In this document: in pieces, positions 10,465-21,648 of the stretch
How positions within the stretch are numbered: position 1 is the stretch's first letter
Layout: each line of letters starts with the position of its first letter
IMG/VR virus record: IMGVR_UViG_3300046804_003469
Coordinates: 124,001 to 188,000 of that record
Reading direction: 5' to 3' (one strand)
DNA length: 64,000 nucleotides
The notes under the pieces: model-generated
Seen by the model: only the letters and a program-made list of their open reading frames with translations
Told to the model about the DNA's origin: nothing
The model's database searches: none
Translations under genes and position numbers: made by a program

Positions 10465-12105
10465 ATGTCTAAATTGGGAATAAACACTGGTTCTGTTCCA
10501 AATGATGGTACTGGTGATACTTTATTGAGTGGTGCTGTAAAAATAAATACGAACTTTAATGAAATTTATAGTTCAATAGGAGATGGTTCGAATCTTGTTG
10601 TTGGTGTAGGAAAAACTGTTTTATCAATTTTACTATCTGGTAATGTTGGTGTAGGTTCTACTATACCAGCATCCAAATTGGATGTTTCTGGTAATATAAA
10701 TGGAAGTTCTATTTCTATAGGAAATACACAAATTGTCAGTGGTTCTTTCCAACTTAAAAACATTGCTTCTCTTGACTCCACTACAATTTCTACAATTGAA
10801 AACGCAATTACTCTTGCACCAAATACATTTACAGATTTGAATATAACTGGAATATCAACCTTTATTAATGGCCCTGTTTTAATTGGTGGAGGAAGTTCAA
10901 CTGGGAATGCCGCAACTGTTCTTCAAATTTCTGGAATTAATAGTAGTGTTTATGTTGGTGGAAATATTGGTATTGGAACCATAAATCCATCAAGAAGGGT
11001 TCAAGTTGCTGGTGATGCTTCAACAAATCAGTTTAACGCATCGATATCAATTACAAATACCAATAGTGCTGGATATGGAGCTTATTATGGTTTAAACGCT
11101 ACTTCAATTTCTTCTGGACGTGATTGGAGACTGGTTAGCAATGGATTATCAGATTCTGCAGGGGTTGGTAAATTTTCAATTCTCGATGTTTCTGCTGGAA
11201 GAGATAGATTAGTTATTGATAGTTCTGGAAATATTGGCATTTCATCTTTAAGTCCTTCATCGAAACTTACTGTATCTGGTGATGTTTTTATTACTGGTGT
11301 TGTAACTGCAACATCTTTTATTGGATTAACCACAGTTGCAACTAGTGTAATAGGTGGTATTGCTTCAGTAACACAGTTAAATGTAACTGGTATTGGAACT
11401 ATTAGTAATTTAAGCGGCACTACCTTTAATTACTCTTCAGGATTCATTAATGCTGGTGTAGTAACCAATATTAGTGGTACTACTTTAAATTATCCTTCAG
11501 GGTTCATTAATGCTGGTGTTGTTACTACAATTACTGGAGTAAATTTAAATTATTCTGGATTATCTACATTTACAGGTCCTGTAGTAATTGGTGGTGGTAA
11601 TTCAACAGGAATTACTTCATCAGTTCTTCAACTTGTTGGTATTAACTCAAATGCTTACATTGGTGGTAACTTAGGTATAGGTATTTCATATACTACATTA
11701 CCATTGCAAGTTGTTGGTATAGTATCAGCAACAACCGTTAGAGATGGTATTGGAACTATTAGAACAATACCACAAAACGCACAATCTTCTGGTGGAATTT
11801 ATACTGCTACCAGTTCTGATGTTGGAAAACATATTTCAATATCTTCTGGAATTGGAGTTAGTATTAATGCTGGTACTTTCTCAATTGGTGATGTTTTTTA
11901 CGTTTTCAATAATACTACTGGAACTATTACTATTGGTGCAGGTGCTGGTGTATCAATATTCTTAAGTGGAAACTACAACCCTGGTACTGGTATTAGAACT
12001 ATGATGTCGAGAGCACTTGCCACTGTTTTGTGTGTTAATAACAATACATTTGTTGCTGGTGCTCTTGCTGGAGCAGCAACAACAGCAAATGCTCCAATTG
12101 CATAA
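10465..12105 (+). CDS. Fibre/baseplate-attached protein with gp9/gp10-like N-terminal attachment domain
   Basis: N-terminus INTGSVPNDGTGDTLLSGAVKINTNFNEIY is typical of gp9/gp10-type proteins. GNVGIGT fibre repeats and internal duplications follow. Confidence 0.7.
   Translation: MSKLGINTGSVPNDGTGDTLLSGAVKINTNFNEIYSSIGDGSNLVVGVGKTVLSILLSGNVGVGSTIPASKLDVSGNINGSSISIGNTQIVSGSFQLKNIASLDSTTISTIENAITLAPNTFTDLNITGISTFINGPVLIGGGSSTGNAATVLQISGINSSVYVGGNIGIGTINPSRRVQVAGDASTNQFNASISITNTNSAGYGAYYGLNATSISSGRDWRLVSNGLSDSAGVGKFSILDVSAGRDRLVIDSSGNIGISSLSPSSKLTVSGDVFITGVVTATSFIGLTTVATSVIGGIASVTQLNVTGIGTISNLSGTTFNYSSGFINAGVVTNISGTTLNYPSGFINAGVVTTITGVNLNYSGLSTFTGPVVIGGGNSTGITSSVLQLVGINSNAYIGGNLGIGISYTTLPLQVVGIVSATTVRDGIGTIRTIPQNAQSSGGIYTATSSDVGKHISISSGIGVSINAGTFSIGDVFYVFNNTTGTITIGAGAGVSIFLSGNYNPGTGIRTMMSRALATVLCVNNNTFVAGALAGAATTANAPIA
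11401..11555 (+). repeat. Imperfect 60-bp (20-aa) tandem repeat in the fibre gene
   Basis: SGTTFNYSSGFINAGVVTNI / SGTTLNYPSGFINAGVVTTI / TGVNLNYSG. DNA ttcattaatgctggtgt recurs 60 nt apart. Confidence 0.85.
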
Positions 12106-12124
12106 TAATTATCAGTTCACATTT

Positions 12125-12132
12125 AATAAATA
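12125..12132 (+). promoter_or_regulatory. Late promoter (AATAAATA)
   Basis: Intergenic, before gp8. Confidence 0.7.
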
Positions 12133-12147
12133 AATAAAAAACCCAAA

Positions 12148-13701
12148 ATGTCTGCAATTATAACTGATCAATTAAGAATTTTGAATGCGAGTAACTTTGT
12201 CGCTGCTGCAACTTCATCGTACAATTCATATTATACATTTGTTGGTTTACCAAATGCTTCAGATTATCAATCTGATTGGAATGTAAACCCACCAGCACCA
12301 AAGGATAGTTTTGATCAAGAAAATGATTATTGGGATACTATAGTTGGATTGAAAAAAATTAAACCAGAAGATGTTAAACAAGTTATTAGAAAAATAACTT
12401 GGACTTCTGGAACTGTTTATGATATGTATAGACATGATATTACGAGAACTAATACATCAAAACCTTCAAATTCTACAAATCTTTATTCTGCCAATTATTA
12501 TGTAATGAATAAAGATTATAGGGTTTATATTTGCCTCTATAATGGAATAACACCAGAAAATCCTTCAGGAAAACCATCAATTGATGAACCAACATTTGTT
12601 GATTTAGAACCAAGAGCAGCAGGAACTAGTGGTGATGGATATATTTGGAAATATCTTTATACAATCAATCCTTCAGATATTGTAAAATTTGATTCTGTTA
12701 ATTTTATGCCAGTTCCATCAGACTGGTATACAAATATTCAAAATACTCCAATTATAGACAATGCAAAATATAGTGGTCAGATAAAGATAGTTACTATAAA
12801 AAATCGTGGAGTTGGACTTGGAACTGCTGGAGTAACTTATACTGGTGTTCCAATCAGTGGAGATGGATCTGGAGGGCAGGCAACTATCGTTATAAACAAT
12901 GATTCAAAAGTTCAATCTATTACAGTTACGAATGGTGGTTCTGGATATACTTATGGAACTGTAGATTTGATTGCTGGCAACGTTCCAACTGGCACAGTAA
13001 CACCGACTTTTGATGTAATTATTCCACCCAAAGGTGGTCATGGCGCAAACATTTATAGAGAACTTGGAGCATTTAATGTTTTAGTATTTTCTAGAATTGA
13101 AAATGATATACAAAATCCAGATTTTATTACTGGTAATCAAGTTTCAAGAATAGGTATTGTTCAAAATCCACAAGCATATAATTCTACAAATCTTTTGACT
13201 TCCGAAAAAGCAAGTAATTTATATGCAATCAAATTTAGTCAGACTAACTTCGATACAACTACATTTACATCAGATTCCTTTATTACTCAAACAGTTTCTA
13301 CTGGTGTTACTGCTGTTGGAAGAGTGGCTTCATATGATCAGAATACTGGGGTTTTGAAATATTGGCAAGATAGAACCCTTGTAGGATTTAATTCAGATGG
13401 AACACAAAATCCATCTTCATCATATGGATTAAAAATGGTTAGATTTACAAATAGTGTTGGGGTAGGTGGTTCTACAACCATAATTGGTGGATCAAGAAAT
13501 TTAAATATTGACACTACTTTTAGTGGTATTAGTACGGTAATAAATAACAATACATATTATCTTGGTCAATCTTTTACAAATGGTTTATCTAATCCAGAAG
13601 TACAAAAATATTCTGGAAATATAATTTATATTGATAATAGACCATCTGTTCTAAGATCAGTAAATCAAAAAGAAGATATTAAAGTTATTTTGCAATTCTA
13701 A
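12148..13701 (+). CDS. gp8: Baseplate wedge subunit gp8
   Basis: MSAIITDQLRILNA N-terminus, YRVYICLYN, DGYIWKYLYTI, C-terminal YIDNRP...QKEDIKVILQF. Confidence 0.92.
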   Translation: MSAIITDQLRILNASNFVAAATSSYNSYYTFVGLPNASDYQSDWNVNPPAPKDSFDQENDYWDTIVGLKKIKPEDVKQVIRKITWTSGTVYDMYRHDITRTNTSKPSNSTNLYSANYYVMNKDYRVYICLYNGITPENPSGKPSIDEPTFVDLEPRAAGTSGDGYIWKYLYTINPSDIVKFDSVNFMPVPSDWYTNIQNTPIIDNAKYSGQIKIVTIKNRGVGLGTAGVTYTGVPISGDGSGGQATIVINNDSKVQSITVTNGGSGYTYGTVDLIAGNVPTGTVTPTFDVIIPPKGGHGANIYRELGAFNVLVFSRIENDIQNPDFITGNQVSRIGIVQNPQAYNSTNLLTSEKASNLYAIKFSQTNFDTTTFTSDSFITQTVSTGVTAVGRVASYDQNTGVLKYWQDRTLVGFNSDGTQNPSSSYGLKMVRFTNSVGVGGSTTIIGGSRNLNIDTTFSGISTVINNNTYYLGQSFTNGLSNPEVQKYSGNIIYIDNRPSVLRSVNQKEDIKVILQF

Positions 13702-13707
13702 AGAATT

Positions 13708-16700
13708 ATGCCACAACATACAGATCTCAACGTTTCTCCTTATTTTGATGATTTTGATCCAAAAAAGAACTATCACAAAGTTCTGTTTAAACCTGGATAT
13801 CCAGTACAAGCTAGAGAATTAACTACTCTACAATCAATTTTTCAAAATCAAATTGAATCTTTTGGAAAAAATATCTTCAAAGAAGGATCTGTTGTAATTC
13901 CAGGTCAAACAAAATATGATGCTTCGGTTTTTGCAGTTCAAGTTGAATCTGAATATAATGGAGTTCCTATTTCATTATATCTCAACGGACTGGTTGGAAA
14001 AAGACTTAAAGGATCTATAAGTGGTGTTTCTGCTGAAGTTGTTTATGTTTTATCAAAATCAGATTCTGATAGGAATAAAGATACCATTTATTTGAGATTT
14101 TATGAAAGTGGTGGTGCTGATTTAAAAAATAAAGTTTTTTCGAATGGTGAGACATTAACTCTTTTGAGTGCATTTAAATATAACGGCATATCTTTTAATA
14201 AAGGACAGGGAATTTGCAATACTATCGCAAATGATGCGATGCAAAAAGGTTCTTTGTTTAGTGTAACTGATGGGGTATATTTTGTACGTGGATTTTTTGT
14301 AAACGTAGTAGCACAAACAATAATTTTAGATCAATATTCATCAAAACCAAATTACAAAGTAGGTTTTAATGTCATTGAATCGGTTGTAACTGCTGATGAA
14401 GATCAAAGTTTATATGATAATGCTCAAGGATTTTCAAACTATGCTGCTCCTGGAGCAGATAGATTTAAGATAGAACTAGAACTGTCTAAAAAACCATTAA
14501 CAGATACTGATACTCAAAATTTTGTAGAGATTTTTAGAGTTACTGACGGAAAAACCCAATCTTATCAAAAAAATCCTCAATATGCATTGATACGTGATGA
14601 AATGGCCAGAAGAGTGTATGATCAATCTGGTGACTTTTTTGTTAGACCTTTTTCATTATTTGTTCGTGATTGTTTAAATGATAGAGTATTAAGTAATGGA
14701 TTATATTATGAAAATCAATTAACTATGAGTAATAATAAACCATCTGAAGATAAGATGATTTATGAAATAGGTTCTGGTAAAGCCTATGTTAATGGATATG
14801 ATGTTGAAACTTTATCTGCAAAGATGATAGATGTTCCCAAAACAAGAACAACTAAAACACTTAAGAATCAACAAGTAACATTTAATGCTGGTTTATTGGC
14901 ATATGTAAATAATGTTTATGGTTCTCCAACTATTGGACTTGGTAACGGTGTTGTAGTTAGTCTTATGGATAGTAGGGTTGGAACTAATCCTACTGTTTCT
15001 ACTGGTTCTACAATTGGTATTGCTAGAGTTTATGATTATATTCCAGAAGCTGGATATTTTAATGATTCTAGCAGAATTTTAATGCGACTGTATGATATTC
15101 AAACATATACTAAAATACAGTTAACAACACCAATTACTTTACAATCTCCAGCATACATTGAAGGAGTTAGAAGTAACGCTAGTGGTTTCTTAGTTTCAAG
15201 TGTTTCCTCATCTGCAAATTTAACACTTTATGAAACTAATGGAGCATTTTTAGTTAATGAACCTATAAGAATTAATGGTATTGATAATGGACGTTTAATA
15301 TATTCAGTTACTGACTATCGTATTGGAGATATTAAATCTTTATATTCAAATACTGGAGTAAGTAATGGATTTACTGCAGATTTGGTATTAAATTCTAAAA
15401 AATTAATCGCAACTCCTGGAACTAATTTTCAGATAACCGCAAGATCAAGTGCCACTTCAAATGGAATTAGCACGGTTACAGCAGGTCTTGGCACAGATTT
15501 TATTAACACGATAAGAGCAGGAGATATTATTACTTATAGCGGTTTATCAACTACTGGTGATCCAATATACAATAAAGTTGTTTCTATTAGTGCTGGTGGA
15601 AACTCATTCACAATCGCTCCAGTTGCCACAGTTTTAGGAGTTTGTGATGGTGCTCTTCCATCAACAAACACTACAGTATCTAACATTAATAGACTTAGTA
15701 CAAATATACAAAATAAAAATTCATCATTATTAACTCCAATTAAAAATGAAAATATATCTTCAATTAATATTGAAGATAATGAATTATCTCAAAGAAGATT
15801 TTATGGATCAGTTCCTCTTTCTGGAGATTCTTTAACTGTTACTATTTCGGATCCTGATATTTATTTTGATGCTTTTTCTGCAGATAGATTTTTCATTACT
15901 TATGATACTGGAAAAATAGAATATTTGACTTTTGACAAATATTCTTTGGATACTTCAGGAAAACAACTTCAATTCATTGGATTAACAAATACAAACGGGG
16001 CAAGTTATGCTGATGTAATTACTACCGTTAAAAATTTAAAACCAAATTCAAAAATCAAAAAATTAAATAGAGCATCAAGTATTGTTATTGATGGTTCTAT
16101 TAATCAAGCTTCTGGAATTGGAGCAACTACACTAAATGATGGACTTACTTATACAAATATCTATGGTTTAAGAATTCAAGATGAACAAATTAGTTTAAAT
16201 GTTCCAGATGTAATTAATGTTCTTGCAATTTATGAGTCTACAAGTGTAGCAGAACCATCTCTTCCTAAAATAGTTTGCACTGGATTTACTGGATCACAAA
16301 ATTCAGCAAAAGATTTTGTGGTTGGAGAACACATTAATGGTGAAAGTTCTGGATCTGTAGGTCTCATAACAAAAATAATTGATGCTTCTACAATAGAATT
16401 CATATATTTAAATAATACACAATTTGTAGAGAATGAGGTTGTTTCTGGAACAGATTCAAAAACTAAAGGAATTGTTATTTCCAAACTACTTGGTGATAAA
16501 AACATCACTCAAAACTTTACTCTCGAACATGGTTATACTGATACTTATTATGATTTTTCTAGAATAATAAGAAAAGAAGGTGTTGCATCTCCTTCAAGAA
16601 AAATAAAAGTAATATTCCAGAATTATACTATTGATTCTACAGATACTGGCGAATTTATGTCAGTAAACAGTTATCCAGCATCTACATTCAAACATGATAT

Positions 16701-19700
16701 CCCATATGTCGAAAATGATCGTAGAAGATTAACAGATTATATTGACATAAGACCAAGAGTAGCTCCATATACTCCATCACAATATTCTCCTTTCGAATTC
16801 CAATCAAGAAATTTTGGTGCTGCTGGTCAATACTCCACATATACAATTGCTCCAGGAGAAAACATTATTCTTGGATATTCATACTATCTCCCAAGAATTG
16901 ATAGAGTTTATTTAACTCCATCAGGAAATTTTGAAATTAGTAGAGGAGTTCCAGCGGATAATCCAAAAGTTCCAGAAATAAAGGCAAATTGTTTAGATAT
17001 TGCTACTATACATATTCCCCCATATGTTTTTAACACCAAGAGTGTTGTTGTGGATATGGCGGAACATAAAAGATATACTATGAAAGATATTTCTGAACTG
17101 GAAAATAGAATTGAGAGAGTTGAAAGATTTACTACTCTAACAAGTTTAGAAAATAAAACTGAAAACTTCAAAATTAAAGACGCAGAAACGGGATTAGATC
17201 GTTTTAAATGTGGATTTTTTGTAGACAATTTTAGTACTACTACATATCAAGAAACTAATAATCCTCTGTTTAGATCTTGTATTGATACTGTATCTTCAAC
17301 ATTAAGACCTCCTCATCGCAGTACAAAATTAGATCTTCAATTAGGATCGGAAGCAATTTCAGGAATTGGTTCTACATATTTACCAAACTTAGATCATTCA
17401 CATGTTACTGATTTAGGATCTCCTGGAGTAAGAAAAACTGGAGATTTAATTACTTTAAATTATACCGAAAAAACATATTATGAACAACTTGTAGCAACAA
17501 GAAGTGAATATATTACTCCATTTTTGGTTAGGTTCTGGCAAGGATCTATACAACTGTTTCCTCCAGCAGATACTTGGCATGATGAATTATCAATTACAGT
17601 TCCAATTACAGTAACAAATACAACACAGGGAGTAGCACCTCCAGTAAAAAATGTTACAGTAACAAATAATGTAACTGTTGGAACTCCAGTAAATACTAAA
17701 TTACCAGTAGGTCAAACAGGTACTCAACCATTCGATTGGATTGCTAATGCAAGATCTGTTTTAAATACAATTGGTAAGCAAAAAGCATGGGGAGGTTCAA
17801 CACAAGGCGGTCTTCTTCAAGAAACTTGGAGAGGTGAGGTAACAAAAGTTACAGATAATAATATTCATTTAGTTTTTACAAATAGGTTCTTTAATACAAC
17901 TGGCGAATCAATTATTAGAAAAATACTTCCTCCAGATGTAGCCGATCAATATATTAATAAAATTAAATCTGGTGCAAAAGATCTTTCAACCACAGTTATT
18001 GATTTTGCTCCCCCAAAACAAACAACAACAACTACACAATCAACAAACGTTTCAACTACATTCACTCCACAACCTCCACAAATAACAGAAACAGTCACCC
18101 AATCAGTTTCGCATTACACACAACCAATTCGTTTCTTAAGAAGTAGAAACATTGAATTTGATGCCAAATCTTTAAGACCTGTTACAAGATTTTATCCATT
18201 TTTCCAAGGAATTGATGTAAGTAAGTATATTGTTCCAAAACTTTTAGAAATCAAAATGATTTCAGGAAAGTTTCAAGTTGGAGAAAAAGTTGTAAGTGAT
18301 GCTCATTTCTTAACAAATAGAGTAGCATTTAGATTGTGTACTCCAAATCATAAATTTGGACCTTTTAATAATCCAACTCAAAAATATAATTATCTCCCAT
18401 ACACACAACAAACTTTCCCAACAACCTATTCAGAATCATCTACTTTTTTAAATGTAGATACTTTATCAATGCAACTTCAATCAGAAACTCAATATTATGG
18501 TTCAGTTGCAATTGGAATGAGATTGATTGGACAATCATCAAAAGCGGTTGCAGAAATTACAAATATTCGTTTAGTTTCTGACAGTAATGGAAGATTAATT
18601 GGATCTTTATTTGTTCCAGATCCTTCAACAGTTGGAAACCCCAAGTGGATTAACGGTGAAAATACATTCACAGTAAGTGATTTACCAACACTACAACCAC
18701 CTGTTCCAGCACCAAATGAAATCATTGCAAACACTGTAGGATCACAAAGTTCTGCTAGTGCTGATTTCCATTCTGAGGCATGGTCTAATGTTACTGAAAC
18801 TGACATAATCACTACTAGAAATGTAGTGATTATTCCTCCACAAAAAGTTGTTACTACAACAATTACTAATACTACAACTTATGGAACAGGAACTAATGCT
18901 ACTACTAAATTTAGCGCGTCATCATTTGACCCACTTGCAGAGTCTTTCATTGTTAATGAACAAAACGGAATATTTTTAACTTCTGTCGATATTTTCTTTG
19001 AAACTAAAGATGAATCAGTACCAGTAACTTTACAAATCAGACCTATGGATGCTGGTGTTCCAAGTAATACTATCATTCCTTTCTCTGAAGTTACTTTAAA
19101 TCCTGATTTAGTCGGATTATCAACAAATGGTTCCAAATCTACTAGATTTACTTTCCCATCACCAGTTTATTTGAGCGGATCAACTCAACAGTCCATAAGA
19201 CAAGCACCAGTTGCAAATGCTCAACCAAAAGAATATTCTGTAGTTTTACTCTCGGCAAGTCCAAATTATCGTGTGTTTGTTTCTAGATTAGGTGAAAAAG
19301 ATCTTTTAACTGGAGTAACTTTAAACGCACAACCAAGTTTAGGATCTTTATTTAAGTCACAAGAAGGTTCTACTTGGACTCCATCACAATTAGAAGATTT
19401 GAAGTTTAGATTAAATAAAGCAAGTTTTGTGAAAGAAGGATTAGTAAGATTCTTCAATCCAGTTCTTTCATATAAGAATAAAAAAGTTGCAGTTACTGGA
19501 TCTAATCATTCATTATGTTTATCGAAAACTATTGTAGTTGGTCTTGGATCTACAGGTATTGATCCTAATGTTGGATTAGGTGTATCAATTATGCAAGATT
19601 CTGCTACTGCTAATTTGGTAGGACTTGCTGGAAGTGTTACTGATTTGTCAGTGGTTAATGCTGGAACTGGATATACTAATGGAACATTTAATAATATCTC

Positions 19701-21417
19701 ATTAATTACAGAAACTGGTTATGGAAAAGGAGCAACAGCAAATATTGTAGTTGCATCAAATAAAGTAACAAGTGCAACTGTTGTAAATAGTGGAACTGGA
19801 TATGAGGTAGGAGATTCATTAAAACTCCCAAGAATTGGTAATAATATTGGATTTGGAGGACAATTAGTAGTCACTTCGATAGGATCAACTAATACATTTG
19901 TACTTGGAAATGTACAAGGTCAATTTAAAGTGGGAATTTCTACATTATTCTATACAGATTATCTTGGTATTACGACTTATGTTGGTGCTGGAGTAAGCAT
20001 AACGAGCATCTTTGAAGATCAATTTGAAGATGGATTGCATATGAAGATTACTCATCCAAATCATGGAATGCACTCTCCATCCAATTTAGTTCAAATTACT
20101 GATTTTAGACCAAATGTTGAAGATAATTTTGCAAAAACAACAGCAAATATTACATCTTCAGAACAAACAACAATTCAAGTTGATTCTACTGCTGGTTTTG
20201 AAACATTTGAGGGTCTTCCAGTAAGCGCATCTAATCCAGGTTATGTTATAATTGGACATGAAGTTATAAAATATACTTCATATTCTTCAACTACTTTGAC
20301 AAATTTAACGAGAGCAATTGATGGAACTGTATCTCATCCATATAATTCTGGAGTTCCAGTTTATAAGTATGAATTTAATGGTGTTTCTCTCAGAAGAATT
20401 AATAAAATTCACGATCTTGGAGAAGTTTCTAATCCATTAGTTCATCCTACTACCCTTGATGATTATTACATCAAAGTAAGTATGGCCGCAACTGATTTCC
20501 AAGGAAATCAAATTGGAAAAGATAGAAGAAATGGTCTTTATTTCACAGAAACATCTCAATCTGGATGTCCTGGAGCTGAAATATCAAGTAATTTCCAGTT
20601 TGAAGCAATCACTCCTACAATTAGAAAAGTTTTACCTCCTGGAACAGTTATAGAACCTAAGATTAGAACAACATCAGCGACAAGTATTGGAGGTAATGAA
20701 ATTTCTTTCGTTGATAAGGGATTTGAAGATATTAAACTGGATCAAATTAATACATTTAAAGATCCAAGAATGGTTTGCTCAAAAGTTAATGAAGATCGCT
20801 ATATGACAGCAAATCCTGGAAATAGATCTTTCTCCATGCAGTTCTATATGACTACAAATAGTTCAGATTTATCTCCAGTAATTGATACTGCATTTACTTC
20901 TGTTCTATTAACAACAAATAGAATTAATGATCCTATTGGAATTCAAACTGCATTATCTTATTCAGAATCTACATTAATTAGATCATTAAATTCAGATCCA
21001 CATGATGCTATTTACATTTCTAAGATAATTAAATTAGATGTTCCAGCAAATTCATTAAAGGTTCTCTTAACTGCAAAGAGAAATACTACAAATGACATTA
21101 GAGTTATGTATAGATTATTCAGAAATGATTCTGCAGCATTGTCTTCAAGTTATCAACTGTTCCCTGGTTATTCTAACTATAAAACTGATGGTTTTGGAAT
21201 TAGAAGAGTAATTGATCCTTCTTTAAATGATGGTTCTGAAGATTTTTATTCGCAACCTTCAGGGGCTATGGAATTTAGAGATTATGAATATACTGCAGAT
21301 AATTTACCCGAATTTAATGCATTCAGTATTAAAATTGTTATGGCAGGAACTAACCAAGCGCAACCACCAGTATTTGCAGATTTAAGAGCAATCGCAACAG
21401 TAAGACCGCAAACATAA
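13708..21417 (+). CDS. Large VrlC-like (DUF4815-type) virion structural protein
   Basis: MPQHTDLNVSPYFDDFD...VLFKPGYPVQARELTTLQS, APGADRFK, GFFVDNF, DPLAESF...FLTSVDIFF. Follows gp8, as in cyanomyoviruses. Confidence 0.85.
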   Translation: MPQHTDLNVSPYFDDFDPKKNYHKVLFKPGYPVQARELTTLQSIFQNQIESFGKNIFKEGSVVIPGQTKYDASVFAVQVESEYNGVPISLYLNGLVGKRLKGSISGVSAEVVYVLSKSDSDRNKDTIYLRFYESGGADLKNKVFSNGETLTLLSAFKYNGISFNKGQGICNTIANDAMQKGSLFSVTDGVYFVRGFFVNVVAQTIILDQYSSKPNYKVGFNVIESVVTADEDQSLYDNAQGFSNYAAPGADRFKIELELSKKPLTDTDTQNFVEIFRVTDGKTQSYQKNPQYALIRDEMARRVYDQSGDFFVRPFSLFVRDCLNDRVLSNGLYYENQLTMSNNKPSEDKMIYEIGSGKAYVNGYDVETLSAKMIDVPKTRTTKTLKNQQVTFNAGLLAYVNNVYGSPTIGLGNGVVVSLMDSRVGTNPTVSTGSTIGIARVYDYIPEAGYFNDSSRILMRLYDIQTYTKIQLTTPITLQSPAYIEGVRSNASGFLVSSVSSSANLTLYETNGAFLVNEPIRINGIDNGRLIYSVTDYRIGDIKSLYSNTGVSNGFTADLVLNSKKLIATPGTNFQITARSSATSNGISTVTAGLGTDFINTIRAGDIITYSGLSTTGDPIYNKVVSISAGGNSFTIAPVATVLGVCDGALPSTNTTVSNINRLSTNIQNKNSSLLTPIKNENISSINIEDNELSQRRFYGSVPLSGDSLTVTISDPDIYFDAFSADRFFITYDTGKIEYLTFDKYSLDTSGKQLQFIGLTNTNGASYADVITTVKNLKPNSKIKKLNRASSIVIDGSINQASGIGATTLNDGLTYTNIYGLRIQDEQISLNVPDVINVLAIYESTSVAEPSLPKIVCTGFTGSQNSAKDFVVGEHINGESSGSVGLITKIIDASTIEFIYLNNTQFVENEVVSGTDSKTKGIVISKLLGDKNITQNFTLEHGYTDTYYDFSRIIRKEGVASPSRKIKVIFQNYTIDSTDTGEFMSVNSYPASTFKHDIPYVENDRRRLTDYIDIRPRVAPYTPSQYSPFEFQSRNFGAAGQYSTYTIAPGENIILGYSYYLPRIDRVYLTPSGNFEISRGVPADNPKVPEIKANCLDIATIHIPPYVFNTKSVVVDMAEHKRYTMKDISELENRIERVERFTTLTSLENKTENFKIKDAETGLDRFKCGFFVDNFSTTTYQETNNPLFRSCIDTVSSTLRPPHRSTKLDLQLGSEAISGIGSTYLPNLDHSHVTDLGSPGVRKTGDLITLNYTEKTYYEQLVATRSEYITPFLVRFWQGSIQLFPPADTWHDELSITVPITVTNTTQGVAPPVKNVTVTNNVTVGTPVNTKLPVGQTGTQPFDWIANARSVLNTIGKQKAWGGSTQGGLLQETWRGEVTKVTDNNIHLVFTNRFFNTTGESIIRKILPPDVADQYINKIKSGAKDLSTTVIDFAPPKQTTTTTQSTNVSTTFTPQPPQITETVTQSVSHYTQPIRFLRSRNIEFDAKSLRPVTRFYPFFQGIDVSKYIVPKLLEIKMISGKFQVGEKVVSDAHFLTNRVAFRLCTPNHKFGPFNNPTQKYNYLPYTQQTFPTTYSESSTFLNVDTLSMQLQSETQYYGSVAIGMRLIGQSSKAVAEITNIRLVSDSNGRLIGSLFVPDPSTVGNPKWINGENTFTVSDLPTLQPPVPAPNEIIANTVGSQSSASADFHSEAWSNVTETDIITTRNVVIIPPQKVVTTTITNTTTYGTGTNATTKFSASSFDPLAESFIVNEQNGIFLTSVDIFFETKDESVPVTLQIRPMDAGVPSNTIIPFSEVTLNPDLVGLSTNGSKSTRFTFPSPVYLSGSTQQSIRQAPVANAQPKEYSVVLLSASPNYRVFVSRLGEKDLLTGVTLNAQPSLGSLFKSQEGSTWTPSQLEDLKFRLNKASFVKEGLVRFFNPVLSYKNKKVAVTGSNHSLCLSKTIVVGLGSTGIDPNVGLGVSIMQDSATANLVGLAGSVTDLSVVNAGTGYTNGTFNNISLITETGYGKGATANIVVASNKVTSATVVNSGTGYEVGDSLKLPRIGNNIGFGGQLVVTSIGSTNTFVLGNVQGQFKVGISTLFYTDYLGITTYVGAGVSITSIFEDQFEDGLHMKITHPNHGMHSPSNLVQITDFRPNVEDNFAKTTANITSSEQTTIQVDSTAGFETFEGLPVSASNPGYVIIGHEVIKYTSYSSTTLTNLTRAIDGTVSHPYNSGVPVYKYEFNGVSLRRINKIHDLGEVSNPLVHPTTLDDYYIKVSMAATDFQGNQIGKDRRNGLYFTETSQSGCPGAEISSNFQFEAITPTIRKVLPPGTVIEPKIRTTSATSIGGNEISFVDKGFEDIKLDQINTFKDPRMVCSKVNEDRYMTANPGNRSFSMQFYMTTNSSDLSPVIDTAFTSVLLTTNRINDPIGIQTALSYSESTLIRSLNSDPHDAIYISKIIKLDVPANSLKVLLTAKRNTTNDIRVMYRLFRNDSAALSSSYQLFPGYSNYKTDGFGIRRVIDPSLNDGSEDFYSQPSGAMEFRDYEYTADNLPEFNAFSIKIVMAGTNQAQPPVFADLRAIATVRPQT

Positions 21418-21420
21418 TTT

Positions 21421-21648
21421 ATGGAATACATAAAAGTAAAAGATAAAGATCATTTAGTTCGTGATAGTTATTCAAACGCAATTATTAATACTGACATTGA
21501 AGGTTACAATTCCTATATGGAAACTTATAGAATTAAATATAATGAAAAAAAGAGAATTGAAAACTTAGAAAATGATGTAAACTCAATCAAAAGTGATTTG
21601 AATGAAATTAAAGATTTGTTGAGAGGATTATCTAATGGATCCAAATAA
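21421..21648 (+). CDS. Small coiled-coil hypothetical protein
   Basis: LVRDSYSNAIINTD...LENDVNSIKSDLNEIKDLL. Directly follows the VrlC-like gene. Confidence 0.8.
   Translation: MEYIKVKDKDHLVRDSYSNAIINTDIEGYNSYMETYRIKYNEKKRIENLENDVNSIKSDLNEIKDLLRGLSNGSK

Noticed and set aside
8730-19457. Short minus-strand ORFs within gp7, fibre, gp8 and VrlC
   Set aside because: Fully nested antisense to long conserved structural genes
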